In this document: one piece after another, positions 51,049 through 60,624 of the stretch
Layout: each line of letters opens with the position of its first letter
Numbering within the stretch: the stretch's first letter is position 1
Assembly: GCA_044869275.1 (NCBI GenBank)
Contig: JBIOXB010000195.1
Span: 1-64,000 of the forward strand
Length of the DNA stretch: 64,000 nt
Origin: a bacterium
GTDB lineage: Bacteria; Zhuqueibacterota; Zhuqueibacteria; Zhuqueibacterales; Zhuqueibacteraceae
Direction of reading: 5' to 3'
Made by a program: the position numbers and the translations under genes
The notes under the pieces: generated by a model
Seen by the model: the letters and a program-made list of their open reading frames with translations, nothing else
Databases searched by the model: none
What the model was told of the DNA's origin: nothing

Positions 51049-51993
51049 TTACGGCATTAGCGCATTTTGTATGAATTGCGCGTCCTGGTGGCGCAAAAGC
51101 TCGATGGCTTCGTCGATACTGACAAATTGAAAATGCACCTCATCACGCGGCCGCAGTTGGCCGGCGCGACACAAATCGGCAGAAATAATGTTGGCGATTT
51201 TGGGATAGCCGCCGGTGGTGGGATGCTCGACAAAGAGGATGATGGGCTGCCCGTCCGGCGGCACCTGTATCGCGCCCAGTGCAACACCTTCGGTGATCAT
51301 CTCTTTGGTCCTTTCTCTGGCGATCGTTTCGCCTTTTAGGCGCAATCCCACACGGTTCGAAGATTCCGAGATCATATACGGCGTAGAGGAGAAGAGACGA
51401 AGAGCCTGGTTGGAGAAAAAATCACGCTGCGGCCCGGGCGTTACTCGCAAGATTGAGCGTTCGCCCATATAGTCCGTCAACCCCGGTCGCACGGTGCGCT
51501 GTCGAAACGTTTCTGCCACGCGCGTTTCCGCGATGGCCAGCACTTCGCCTTTTTTAAGCTGGCGGCCCTGCCAGCCGCCGATGCCGGTTTGCAGATGTGT
51601 GGAGGCGCTTCCCATGACCATGGGGACATGAATGCCGCCATGAATGCAAAGATAGGCGCGAGCGCCGGAGGTCATAGCGCTGCATTGCAATGCCTGTCCT
51701 GGCCGCACCCGCGTGGAAGTCCACTGTGGAATTTTTTCGTTGTCCAGCCTGGCATCGCAATTTGCACCGGTGATGGCAATAAGGCTGCCGGCTTCAAACT
51801 CAAATGCACCGCCGATGAGGGTCATCTCCAGCGCGCTGGCACTGGCTGGGTTGTTCACCAGCAGATTTCCCCAGAGCAAAGCACAGCGATCCGCCGCACC
51901 GGCAGGAGAAACTCCGAGATGAGCAAAACCGAAGCGGCCGAGGTCCTGTACGGTGGTGAGGAATCCTGGGGAGATGACTTTTAGCGACGGCAT
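51049..51993 (-). CDS. pxpC: 5-oxoprolinase subunit C
   Basis: TVQDLGR, SNRVGLRL, GAIQVPPDGQPII, TGGYPK. Confidence 0.93.
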   Translation of the reverse strand: MPSLKVISPGFLTTVQDLGRFGFAHLGVSPAGAADRCALLWGNLLVNNPASASALEMTLIGGAFEFEAGSLIAITGANCDARLDNEKIPQWTSTRVRPGQALQCSAMTSGARAYLCIHGGIHVPMVMGSASTHLQTGIGGWQGRQLKKGEVLAIAETRVAETFRQRTVRPGLTDYMGERSILRVTPGPQRDFFSNQALRLFSSTPYMISESSNRVGLRLKGETIARERTKEMITEGVALGAIQVPPDGQPIILFVEHPTTGGYPKIANIISADLCRAGQLRPRDEVHFQFVSIDEAIELLRHQDAQFIQNALMP

Positions 51994-52021
51994 AATTGAG
52001 AGTTATGCGCTATCCAACATT

Positions 52022-52153
52022 CAGACTGTGTGAAAACCTGGAAATGCCGCACCCTGAGCTTGTCGAAGGGAGCTTGTCGAAGGGTGCTAAGTTCAAAAAT
52101 CCGGCTTCGACAAGCTCAGCCGGTGTTGAAACCAAGCATTTTCACACAGCCTG
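52022..52153. mobile_element. MITE copy 2 (inverted relative to copy 1)
   Basis: CAGACTGTGTGAAAAC / ATTTTCACACAGCCTG; flanked by ATT on both sides; interior aligns to 3307..3426. Confidence 0.8.
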
Positions 52154-52183
52154 ATTTCTCCCGAAGGCGAACGGGTATTCTAA

Positions 52184-52885
52184 TCATTCAAGCGAGCGTT
52201 GCTGCAACTTCTGAAACGCTTCACGCGATATTCTCTTGAACCTCACCTCATCTCCCAAACTAAGAAGCGAGAAAGGCTCTTTTTCCGGGAAAAACAGTCT
52301 TAACGGTGTTCTCCCAATGAGGCGCCAGCCGCCGGGCGTATTGCAGGGATAGATTCCCGTCTGGCTTCCGCCAATGGCCACACTGCCGGCCGGCACTTGG
52401 GTTCGCGGTGAGGGCAATCTGGCAGTGGCAAGGCGCGGCGACATTCCTCCCAAATAAGCGAAACCCGGTATGAATCCGATAAAACAGAGGTAATACGCTC
52501 CGGTCGAATGAATCTCAATGACTTCTTCACGCGATATATCGTTTTGTACCGCTACCTCATCTAAATCAGGCGCAAATTCGCTCTCATAACAAACCGGAAT
52601 TTCGACACGGCGCGGGGTGGGCAAAGCCGCAGTGGTGATCTGCGATAGCATGCCACGCAGGAATGACTCAATCTGCTCCAAGATCACACGCCTTGGATCG
52701 AACGAAACAAGCACCGAGCAATAGGCAGGATGAAGATTGAGAATAAAATCAGGGCGAGAAGCAAGAAGTTTTAGTGTGAGAGCCGACACGCGTTGATGAT
52801 TCTCGCGGGAAATATCATCACCAAACGAGATCAACAGTGAATGGTCGCTGGTGGGCTGGAGCGAAAACGTGTCTGACATGATCAT
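52184..52885 (-). CDS. pxpB: 5-oxoprolinase subunit B
   Basis: IPVCY, GFIPGFAYL, VPAGSVAIGG, PGGWRLIGRTP. Confidence 0.94.
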   Translation of the reverse strand: MIMSDTFSLQPTSDHSLLISFGDDISRENHQRVSALTLKLLASRPDFILNLHPAYCSVLVSFDPRRVILEQIESFLRGMLSQITTAALPTPRRVEIPVCYESEFAPDLDEVAVQNDISREEVIEIHSTGAYYLCFIGFIPGFAYLGGMSPRLATARLPSPRTQVPAGSVAIGGSQTGIYPCNTPGGWRLIGRTPLRLFFPEKEPFSLLSLGDEVRFKRISREAFQKLQQRSLE

Positions 52886-53249
52886 ACCAAATACCGTGGC
52901 ACAACATTCATGTTGCGTCCGATCCCAAAGAAGCTACGATCCTTGAACACGACGATTTCTAGAAACGGTGCAAGTTATTCGCCCATGGAAAAGAAACTCC
53001 CACGGAAACGTGCCCATAGATTCATTTTACTGAAAAAATTAAGAAATCGCAACATCGGCAATATTGTCCGTGCTTGCGTTATTCTCCTGATTGAAAAATT
53101 GGAAGCACTGCAATAGCCCTTCCCGGATGGCGTCGGGATAGGCTCAAAGTCGAGTCACCCAAGGACGGCTGAGTAGCAGGCGGGCTCTATTCGAGTGAAA
53201 CAAATTGGTCATCGGCTCGACCAACGGCAACAACGGTGTTTGCAACAGA

Positions 53250-53513
53250 TCAAGCAGCCACGGCAAACGCGCGGGCATTAAGCGCTTCATCGGCGCGCAA
53301 CGGCTGTATTTCAGACTCGTCGACCAGGATTATAGCAATGGTTTCGCCAATGGTTTCGCCAATGGCATTAAAAACTTCCAGCGAATAACCGGGCTCCCTG
53401 CCGGGCGAGGCCTGATGGCAATCCACAATAGTAGCAACGTCGCCGCGGCGCAAATGTTTTGCTGGAAAATCGCGCGCCAATGCGACGCGTTGAAAGAGTT
53501 TATATTTGTTCAT
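53250..53513 (-). CDS. DUF4926-like small protein
   Basis: LFQRVALARD...LRRGDVATIVD...GYSLEVFNAIGET. Confidence 0.75.
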   Translation of the reverse strand: MNKYKLFQRVALARDFPAKHLRRGDVATIVDCHQASPGREPGYSLEVFNAIGETIGETIAIILVDESEIQPLRADEALNARAFAVAA

Positions 53514-53645
53514 GGCTTTTTTCCTTTCGTTTGAAAATCAATTCTGGCGTGGCGCATGCCAAAATCAAGACGAATGACCGGCGCAATTTTGAAAACAAAA
53601 AAGATTTTTGTCTGGCCATTGCTTCTCTGCCTTCTGAATTCCTAT

Positions 53646-54152
53646 TTAGCGCGATCCTCTCAATTTCAGAAACCTCTCGTCCATGCTCCCACAGAAAGTC
53701 TCGATTGCCCGTTTCAAATACACCCCATTCGAGCGCACGCAGCGAACGCCTTCATTGATGACGCTCAATAAACCGGCATTCTTGATATAGCCCTCGCATT
53801 TGTCGGCACTGACCCACTTCCTTTTCCTCTTGTACTTTTCCGGCCAATCTTTGTGGAGTTTCGCCACTTCCAACAGGAAAGTCGGTATGGGATCACCCTT
53901 TGAACTGTCGCGGAATTTACCCACGCAAATCGGATGTGGTTTGCCCACCAAAACGCCGGCTTCCTCATAGGCCTCCTTGATGGCTGAGAGGTGAGGCCTC
54001 AGCCGTGCGGGAATCCCTCCTTTTGGTATAACCCACTTGCGACCACGCTTGCGATCGGAAGAGGCGGTCACCAGCAGTATTTGGAGCTGATTCCTTACAA
54101 AACGATAGGGAATAATCGCCGACTTCTTGCGAGTCTTTTCAATGCCTCTCAC
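53646..54152 (-). CDS. NUDIX hydrolase (DIPP/Ap6A-like)
   Basis: ILLVT, KWVIPKGG, AIKEAYEEAGV, WPE...RKW; GTG start after a GAAGGAG RBS. Confidence 0.8.
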   Translation of the reverse strand: MRGIEKTRKKSAIIPYRFVRNQLQILLVTASSDRKRGRKWVIPKGGIPARLRPHLSAIKEAYEEAGVLVGKPHPICVGKFRDSSKGDPIPTFLLEVAKLHKDWPEKYKRKRKWVSADKCEGYIKNAGLLSVINEGVRCVRSNGVYLKRAIETFCGSMDERFLKLRGSR

Positions 54153-54912
54153 GGTATCTCTCCTTCGGAGCTGCGAACACTGCAAATATCCGTCCCCGCC
54201 CTGCGAGCATTTGCTGACCCGCAAGGCGGGAGCCAGACAAGTGGAACGTCCGGGATTTTGCCAGCCTGGCTAAACAATAAATACGCGCAATAAGTTTGAA
54301 CTGCAAAATTTGGGGTAATCCTCAATAAATAAGGAGTTTGTGTGAGTCAGACATAAGCCCCCAATTTTGCCATACTTTGAATTGAGAGGAAGACTCGCTA
54401 CTTATTGCGTCCGTGGTGTATCAAAAGTGTTACAAACAAAGTGCCAGTGCTGAACTAAAAAACGCAACTAAGTGTCCCAAAACTTTGTAATCGTCATAAG
54501 TATTTTATAAATAAATAATCAAACGACGACCCAGTGCTGTGTCGAATTGAAAAGTTGTGAATAAAGCGATCAAAAGTTGTAACAGACTGAAACAGATGTG
54601 ACAGAGTGGGCGGTTCATCAGAACCAAAAACGTAAGATGGTTGACTGCAAAATGATTCGCAATGTAAATTTTATATTTCAGCCCGATATTTTTCTGTCTG
54701 TATTTCTGCCGCTTATTTGGGTGAGAGTTCTCAGTTTTGCCCTCCGCAGGCAGAATGATGCCAAATCATTTTACCTTTGGCAAAATGTTACAACGTTTTC
54801 TCTGCGCTGCTGTCTTTTCCTCGCGCCGGCTGCGGCAATATCTACCCTGTTTTCCAGAGGCCTCGGCGACAAGACCTAGCAAAACAAGTGAACCAACACA
54901 CGGAGGCAACAA

Positions 54913-56199
54913 ATGCTCAATTGTAAACATTTCGTAACAAATGCTGCCCGCGCACTGGCTTTGGCAATGTTGCTGCTCGCGCCCTCCGCCTTCTCCCAAA
55001 AAAAACTCACGTGGACCACGAATTCAGCGGCAGCGAAAGAGAGCTTTGCGCAGGCCATCAGCGCTTTGGAGTCTTTTCAGTTTCAAGAGTTCACCAAGTT
55101 TGCGCAGAAAACCGTTGCCGCGGATTCCAATTTCGCCATGGCGCATATGCTGATGGCGGCTACCGCCGGCCCGCAGCAACGCCAAAAACACATCGACAAG
55201 TTTGCCGCGCTCGCACCCAGTGCTTCCAAGGGCGAGCAGCTTTATCTGCAAGGCATGGTGCACTTTTACAAAAACGAAGATGACCAGGCTCTCGCCTCCT
55301 TCCAGCAGCTCAGCAAGATGCTGCCGGACGATCGCATGGTTTACATGATGCTCGGCAACGTGCAGCGGCGCAAGGGCAATTTCACCGAGGCCATCGCGGC
55401 GTTTGAGGCGGCCAATAAAATCGACCCCAGCCTGCCGCGGGCGTGGAGTTTTATCGGCGATTGCTATCTGCTGCAAGAGAAATACGACAAGGCCCGCGCC
55501 AATTACAAACAGGTTGTCAGCAAAGTCGATCCCGATGCCACGCCGTTTGGGCCGTTCTTCGGGCAGATCTGGGCCGATCTTTATGAAGGCAAACCGGATC
55601 CCGCCCTGAAAATCCTCGACGAATATATGGACCGCTATAACCGCAACGGTGCCGCCCAAGGCTTTCCGCCGGTGTGGATTTGGAACCATAAAGCCCGCAT
55701 CAATTTGGAATTTGGCCGGACCGAGGAAGCGTTGCGCTGCTACGAGATCGGCTACAAGTCCGTGCCGCCCACCTCCGCCACCCAGGTCGATAGCATTCAA
55801 AAGCTGGTCTGGCTAGGCCGCATGCATCACGGACGCGCCAGAACGCTCGCCAAAATGGGCAAACATGAAGAAGCCTGGAAGATTGCCGAAGACGTCAAGA
55901 AGATGATCGAGGACGGCGGCAAAGAAGGCGAGCAGTATTGGCCGTCGTATCATTATTTGGCCGGATATATCAAGCTCGAAAGCGGCGATTATAAAGCGGC
56001 CATCGAGCATATGAAGCAGAGTGATCTCACCGATCCATTTCATAAATTGCTGTTGGCGCGCGCGTATTTGAAGACCGGCGAGAAGGCTGAAGCCGTCAAG
56101 CTTTGCGAAGAAATCACCAAATTCACGACGAACAACATCGAGCGCGCACTTTCATATCCCGAGGCGAAAAAGATCATCGCCGCGAGCGCGTCCGATTGA
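54913..56199 (+). CDS. Secreted TPR protein
   Basis: GGAGG RBS; signal peptide ending AFSQ; multiple TPR helices. Confidence 0.88.
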   Translation: MLNCKHFVTNAARALALAMLLLAPSAFSQKKLTWTTNSAAAKESFAQAISALESFQFQEFTKFAQKTVAADSNFAMAHMLMAATAGPQQRQKHIDKFAALAPSASKGEQLYLQGMVHFYKNEDDQALASFQQLSKMLPDDRMVYMMLGNVQRRKGNFTEAIAAFEAANKIDPSLPRAWSFIGDCYLLQEKYDKARANYKQVVSKVDPDATPFGPFFGQIWADLYEGKPDPALKILDEYMDRYNRNGAAQGFPPVWIWNHKARINLEFGRTEEALRCYEIGYKSVPPTSATQVDSIQKLVWLGRMHHGRARTLAKMGKHEEAWKIAEDVKKMIEDGGKEGEQYWPSYHYLAGYIKLESGDYKAAIEHMKQSDLTDPFHKLLLARAYLKTGEKAEAVKLCEEITKFTTNNIERALSYPEAKKIIAASASD

Positions 56200-56240
56200 A
56201 CACCGCGGGGCGCGGCATACTTGTGTGCGCAGGTGCTTGT

Positions 56241-56379
56241 GAGCCTATCCGAAAACCCTAAAATGTCATCCCGCGGGGATCTTGGTTGACTCGGGCACAG
56301 CTCCGAGTTCAGGCCCGGGTGCCGAATTTACCAAGATTCCGCAACGGGGGGAAACATAATGAGGTCTTCGGATTGGCTC
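56241..56379. mobile_element. Putative MITE, second family
   Basis: 17-bp TIR with 2 mismatches, GAGCCTATCCGAAAACC / GGTCTTCGGATTGGCTC; internal ATCTTGGT/ACCAAGAT stem. Confidence 0.6.
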
Positions 56380-56396
56380 CAAGCATAATGGCCTAA

Positions 56397-56480
56397 CCCG
56401 GACAAGCCGGAAACGAAAAACTCCAAACACAAAGCCCAAAGGTGGTATTGAGTTTTGCGCTTTGGATTTTGGATTTCTTT
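56397..56480. repeat. Dispersed repeat, copy B (homolog at 28678)
   Basis: CCCGGACAAGCCGGAA start plus inverted heptamer body. Confidence 0.75.
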
Positions 56481-56772
56481 GCGCCATAAGCACAGATTTC
56501 ACTTTTAATGGATTAACACCGTCCCAACCATACCTACACCCAAGGAGATTTTTGATCAACTTCACCCGCGCCTTCCTCCTTCACGTTGCATGCCTCCTTA
56601 TTCTCCCGTTCCAAATCGGTCCCGCATGAAGTTGCGCCTCCATTCCCCCCAATATTTCGCTTGCACTTCTGCTATTTCAATGTTAGTGTATCTGGCAACC
56701 ACCCTAGGCTAGGATGGCATGCTCATACATTTGCCAAAAGGAAGTGTCGAAGCAAACCGGGGGTAACGCGTC

Positions 56773-58221
56773 ATGCCATCTTCAGAGATTTTATCGGCGC
56801 CGTGGAACCTTTGCCTGGGACGTTTGTTCTCCTTCTTCCTGTTGATTTTCCTGCCGAGCCGCAGCGCTGTCGGTCAAGCTCAGCGCCCGCCGTGGCCGCA
56901 GTTCTCGATCATACAATTACGGCTCGCGCCGATTCACGCCGCGGCCCGGCCCGCGAGCATGGGTGGCGCTTTCATCGGCGTTGCGGATGACGCCACTGCC
57001 GCGGCCATCAATCCCGCAGGGTTGAGTTTTTTATTGCGGCCGGAAATCAGCTTGAGCCAGGCCGGGGGATGGCATACGCGCGAGTTTGCCGTGGCCCCGG
57101 CTGCAGCATTTGACGAAACGCAGTCCGATACTGAATTCATTTTTGATCAAACGCTCGTCAATATCGTTTATCCACAGTGGGGATTCACCTTCGCGTTCTT
57201 CCGGCAGGTTGCCTCCCGTTCCGAATCCGATTTCTCACGCCAACAATTCCTGAAAATCTCTCCTGGCCGCCGACTCAGCCTGAATGAGCAACTCGGCGCC
57301 TCGGGAAATTTTCCCGGCATTCAAGGGGAGTACACCGCGGAAGTGATTCATAATGCGTTCGTGATTGCCAAAGCCCTGCACCGGCGCTATCGCATTGGCC
57401 TGACGCTGCGCAACACCCAATTCAAGCTCCAGCTTCACGAGAAGCATTACTTCGATCCGGCTGCTTGGCTGCAATCGGACTTCACCGGCACCGCCGCGGT
57501 CAGGCCGAATCGCATCGAGGGATTATACCGGCTGTATGAGCTAAGCGCCAAGGAGCTCAAACCCAGTTGGAGTCTCGGCCTGCTGGCAGAACTGCATCCG
57601 CACGTCACATTGGGTATCGCTTATCAGAATCTGCCGGCTTATGATCTCGAATCGCACATTATTCTGCCTGCTTACAGCCTGCCGGACAGCACCCCCAACG
57701 ACGCGCGCAACGATGAGATTCGGTTTGCGCCGCAAGAAGAAATCATACCATTCACGCTCGATTTGCCGGACCACCTCGGCCTCGGCCTGGGCTGGAAGGT
57801 CAACAAAACATTGCTTTCCGCGGACGTGGTGCTTTACTTCACACGCACTCTGTTCCAGGGTTTGAACATGGATTTGCCGCAGGACAACATCCCTTTGAAC
57901 AATGTCAAATACACCGACCCCGACGGGCGGAATGATCTCGAGACCCGCAACGTGCTGAGCTTCCACGCCGGTCTCGAACATACTTTCGTTGAGCGCAAAA
58001 TCGTTCTGCCCATTCGCATGGGCTTTTACACCGAGCCCAGTTTCGCGCTGCGCCCTGTTTCGAGCGACAAGAATCTGCAGCAGGAATATCCCGAGGCCGC
58101 CACCTATCCGCACGTCACCGGAGGCTTTGGCATCATCTTCAAACAAGTGCGCTTCGAAGGCAGCGTCGACTTTTCCTCGACGTTGGTCGAAGCTATTGGC
58201 TCTGCCGTGGTGAGCTTTTGA
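56773..58221 (+). CDS. FadL/TodX-like outer membrane beta-barrel
   Basis: ARPASMGGAFIGVADDATAAAINPAGL; LPDHLGLG; C-terminal Phe. Confidence 0.82.
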   Translation: MPSSEILSAPWNLCLGRLFSFFLLIFLPSRSAVGQAQRPPWPQFSIIQLRLAPIHAAARPASMGGAFIGVADDATAAAINPAGLSFLLRPEISLSQAGGWHTREFAVAPAAAFDETQSDTEFIFDQTLVNIVYPQWGFTFAFFRQVASRSESDFSRQQFLKISPGRRLSLNEQLGASGNFPGIQGEYTAEVIHNAFVIAKALHRRYRIGLTLRNTQFKLQLHEKHYFDPAAWLQSDFTGTAAVRPNRIEGLYRLYELSAKELKPSWSLGLLAELHPHVTLGIAYQNLPAYDLESHIILPAYSLPDSTPNDARNDEIRFAPQEEIIPFTLDLPDHLGLGLGWKVNKTLLSADVVLYFTRTLFQGLNMDLPQDNIPLNNVKYTDPDGRNDLETRNVLSFHAGLEHTFVERKIVLPIRMGFYTEPSFALRPVSSDKNLQQEYPEAATYPHVTGGFGIIFKQVRFEGSVDFSSTLVEAIGSAVVSF

Positions 58222-58222
58222 A

Positions 58223-60556
58223 ATGAATACGCTGGTGCACTCACTTTGTCATTTCTGCGAAAGCGGGAATCCATGGTTTTCCTGGATTCTCTGCACGACT
58301 GCTTTCACGGGCATGCCCTCAAAGAAATTTTTGGGGCACACAGCTGCGTACCCCAATCAGGGCGGACTGCGCCAGCAGCTCCGCAAGATTTTGTTAGGCA
58401 CGGTTATGGTATGTGCCCTGCTGCCGGACACTGCCGTATCGCAGTGGTATGTGCATTATCAAGACGGACTGAAACAGCTCGACCAGGGCCAGTGGCGCGA
58501 GGCCGCACAATCGTTGCGCCAGGCCATCAATCAAAAACAAACGCCCGAGCTCAACGCCAATACCTATGCCCTGGTCTATATCGACTATCTGCCCTACTAT
58601 CATTTGGGCCGCGCCCTGTTCTTTCAGGGTGACTACGCCGGCGCTATTGAGAATTTCAATCGCTCTCTGGCTCATGGCGTGATCAAGCGCTCGCAGCATA
58701 ACAAAGCTCTGTTACGGCTGCTCGAAATCGCGGAGGCTATGCAGGCGCAAAGCCAGCACAGCGGAACAAAAAGCGCCGTGCGAACCGAAGCGTGGATTGC
58801 CATGTTACGCTTAAGCCATGAACTTGGCCAAGGCCTTGCCAGAAATGAGAGCGAAATTGATTCTGTGTTGGCGCAATCTCATTTGGACGATGAAACTCAA
58901 AAGCAGATTGTGCGCTGGTTCGGACAGCTTCTGCGGGCGGGGCCGGTTGCTCCAGCCAATTCGCGGGCGGCGTCTGCGCGACCAACCGGCCAGGCCGAGA
59001 CCGCCGGCGATTCCGCGAGTATCCTGAAAAACGCAGCGATCACCGCCTATCTGCAAGGGCGTTATCGCGATGCGCTGCACCTTTTCGACCAGCTCGCGCA
59101 ACGCGCGCCGGCTGAGCCCGCGCTGGCCGATTGGCAACAGCGCGTACGCTTCGAGCTTGCGCGCCTCGATCAACTCGCGGTTGAACCATTGGCGAAAACC
59201 GATACCGTGACCGTCGAGCGCTCGGCCGCGCCCATGATCAGCATTCTGGAACCCCGGCCGGAAGAAAGCCGTTTTCGCAATGAAAAACTGCGCCTTGCGG
59301 GCGTGGCAAATGACGACGTTGGCATTGCTGCGATTGAGGTGGTGGTCAATGGCGAGCCGCTGAAATTTGAGAACGACGCGGCACAATTGCATCCCGCGCG
59401 CCATGCGAATGGAACGTATCCCTTTGTGGTTGACATCCCCTTGCGCATGAACGAAAACCAGATCGCCGTGACCGCCCGCGATCTCGATCAGTCACCGCAC
59501 AGCCGCACGGAACTGCGGCAGTTTTTCCGGCAACCGCCGCTGCATCACACGCCGGCTTTTTGGCTGGTGGCGGGTTCCGGGCTGCTGGTGGTGGCGGGCG
59601 CGGTCGTGGCCAATCGCCTCATCCGGTATCGCATCACGTTTGTGAACCGGTATAATCCCTATATTGCCGGCGCGCCGATTCGCAATGAAGAGATGTTCTT
59701 TGGCCGGCAACTCTTGCTCGACCGCATTTTGCGCACGCTGCCGAACAATAGCATGATGGTTTATGGCCCGCGACGCATCGGCAAGACTTCGGTGCAATAC
59801 CAACTGCAACGCCTGTTGCGCGAGCGCCAAGACCCGGAATTCCATTTCGCGCCGGTTTTCATCGACTTGCAGGGAACACCCGAGGACCTTTTCTTTGCGC
59901 ATATCATCGAGGAGGTGCGCGAACAGCTGGGCGAAGAAGTGGCGCAGGCCATTGCGGTGCCGGTGAACCGGCGGGCTTACGGCCCGCGCGAGCTGGCGAA
60001 TGATCTGCGTACGGTCATCAACAAATTGCAGGAGCAACTGGCCAGGGACAACAGAGAGAACGGCAAAAAAGTGCGGCTGGTTTTCCTCATTGACGAGGTC
60101 GACGAGCTCAATCGTTACAGCGAACGCACCAATCAAAGGCTGCGCGCGATCTTCATGAAAACTTTCAGCGAGAACCTGGTGGCGGTGATGACCGGCAGCA
60201 ATCTCCGCAAGCAATGGGAAAGCGAATCCAGTCCGTGGTATAACTTCTTCGAGCAGGTGCCGATGCCGACGCTGACACGGGAAGAGGCCATGCAACTGAT
60301 TCACGATCCGGTGAAGGGTTTTTTCAAGTTCGAAGCGACCGCGGCGGAAAAAATTTGGGAAGCTTCTCAAGGCAAACCATTTGTCATCCAAAAATTTTGC
60401 GTGCGCCTCGTCAATCTCGCCATTGAAAAACGGCGCCGCACCATCCTACCGGCCGACGTCGAGTCCACGCGCAACGAAGTGTTGCAGGATACGAGCGGGC
60501 AGACGCAAGAGGTGGCGGTGAAGCTCGACATGCAATACTCGAATGACAAGACTTAA
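58223..60556 (+). CDS. TPR - Ig-like - TM - P-loop ATPase (STAND/archaeal-ATPase-like)
   Basis: Signal-like segment, TPRs, DDVGI...VNG Ig domain, TM FWLVAGSGLLVVAGAVVA, NPYIAG..FFGR, GPRRIGKTS, FLIDEVD; start uncertain. Confidence 0.88.
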   Translation: MNTLVHSLCHFCESGNPWFSWILCTTAFTGMPSKKFLGHTAAYPNQGGLRQQLRKILLGTVMVCALLPDTAVSQWYVHYQDGLKQLDQGQWREAAQSLRQAINQKQTPELNANTYALVYIDYLPYYHLGRALFFQGDYAGAIENFNRSLAHGVIKRSQHNKALLRLLEIAEAMQAQSQHSGTKSAVRTEAWIAMLRLSHELGQGLARNESEIDSVLAQSHLDDETQKQIVRWFGQLLRAGPVAPANSRAASARPTGQAETAGDSASILKNAAITAYLQGRYRDALHLFDQLAQRAPAEPALADWQQRVRFELARLDQLAVEPLAKTDTVTVERSAAPMISILEPRPEESRFRNEKLRLAGVANDDVGIAAIEVVVNGEPLKFENDAAQLHPARHANGTYPFVVDIPLRMNENQIAVTARDLDQSPHSRTELRQFFRQPPLHHTPAFWLVAGSGLLVVAGAVVANRLIRYRITFVNRYNPYIAGAPIRNEEMFFGRQLLLDRILRTLPNNSMMVYGPRRIGKTSVQYQLQRLLRERQDPEFHFAPVFIDLQGTPEDLFFAHIIEEVREQLGEEVAQAIAVPVNRRAYGPRELANDLRTVINKLQEQLARDNRENGKKVRLVFLIDEVDELNRYSERTNQRLRAIFMKTFSENLVAVMTGSNLRKQWESESSPWYNFFEQVPMPTLTREEAMQLIHDPVKGFFKFEATAAEKIWEASQGKPFVIQKFCVRLVNLAIEKRRRTILPADVESTRNEVLQDTSGQTQEVAVKLDMQYSNDKT

Positions 60557-60624
60557 CTTGGACGAGCGATAAGCAGGCAGGATGTTTTCGATTCACGAAT
60601 TGCGCCTCACACTATTTGTGAGGC

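Noticed and set aside
54425..54590. Sigma-54 promoter or LytTR-type repeats in the AT-rich spacer
   Set aside because: TGGCAC is followed by TTGT rather than TTGC; the AAAAGTTGT repeats fit the LytTR consensus and spacing poorly
56285..56330. tRNA-like segment
   Set aside because: No TTCRA loop or cloverleaf; it lies inside the TIR-bounded element
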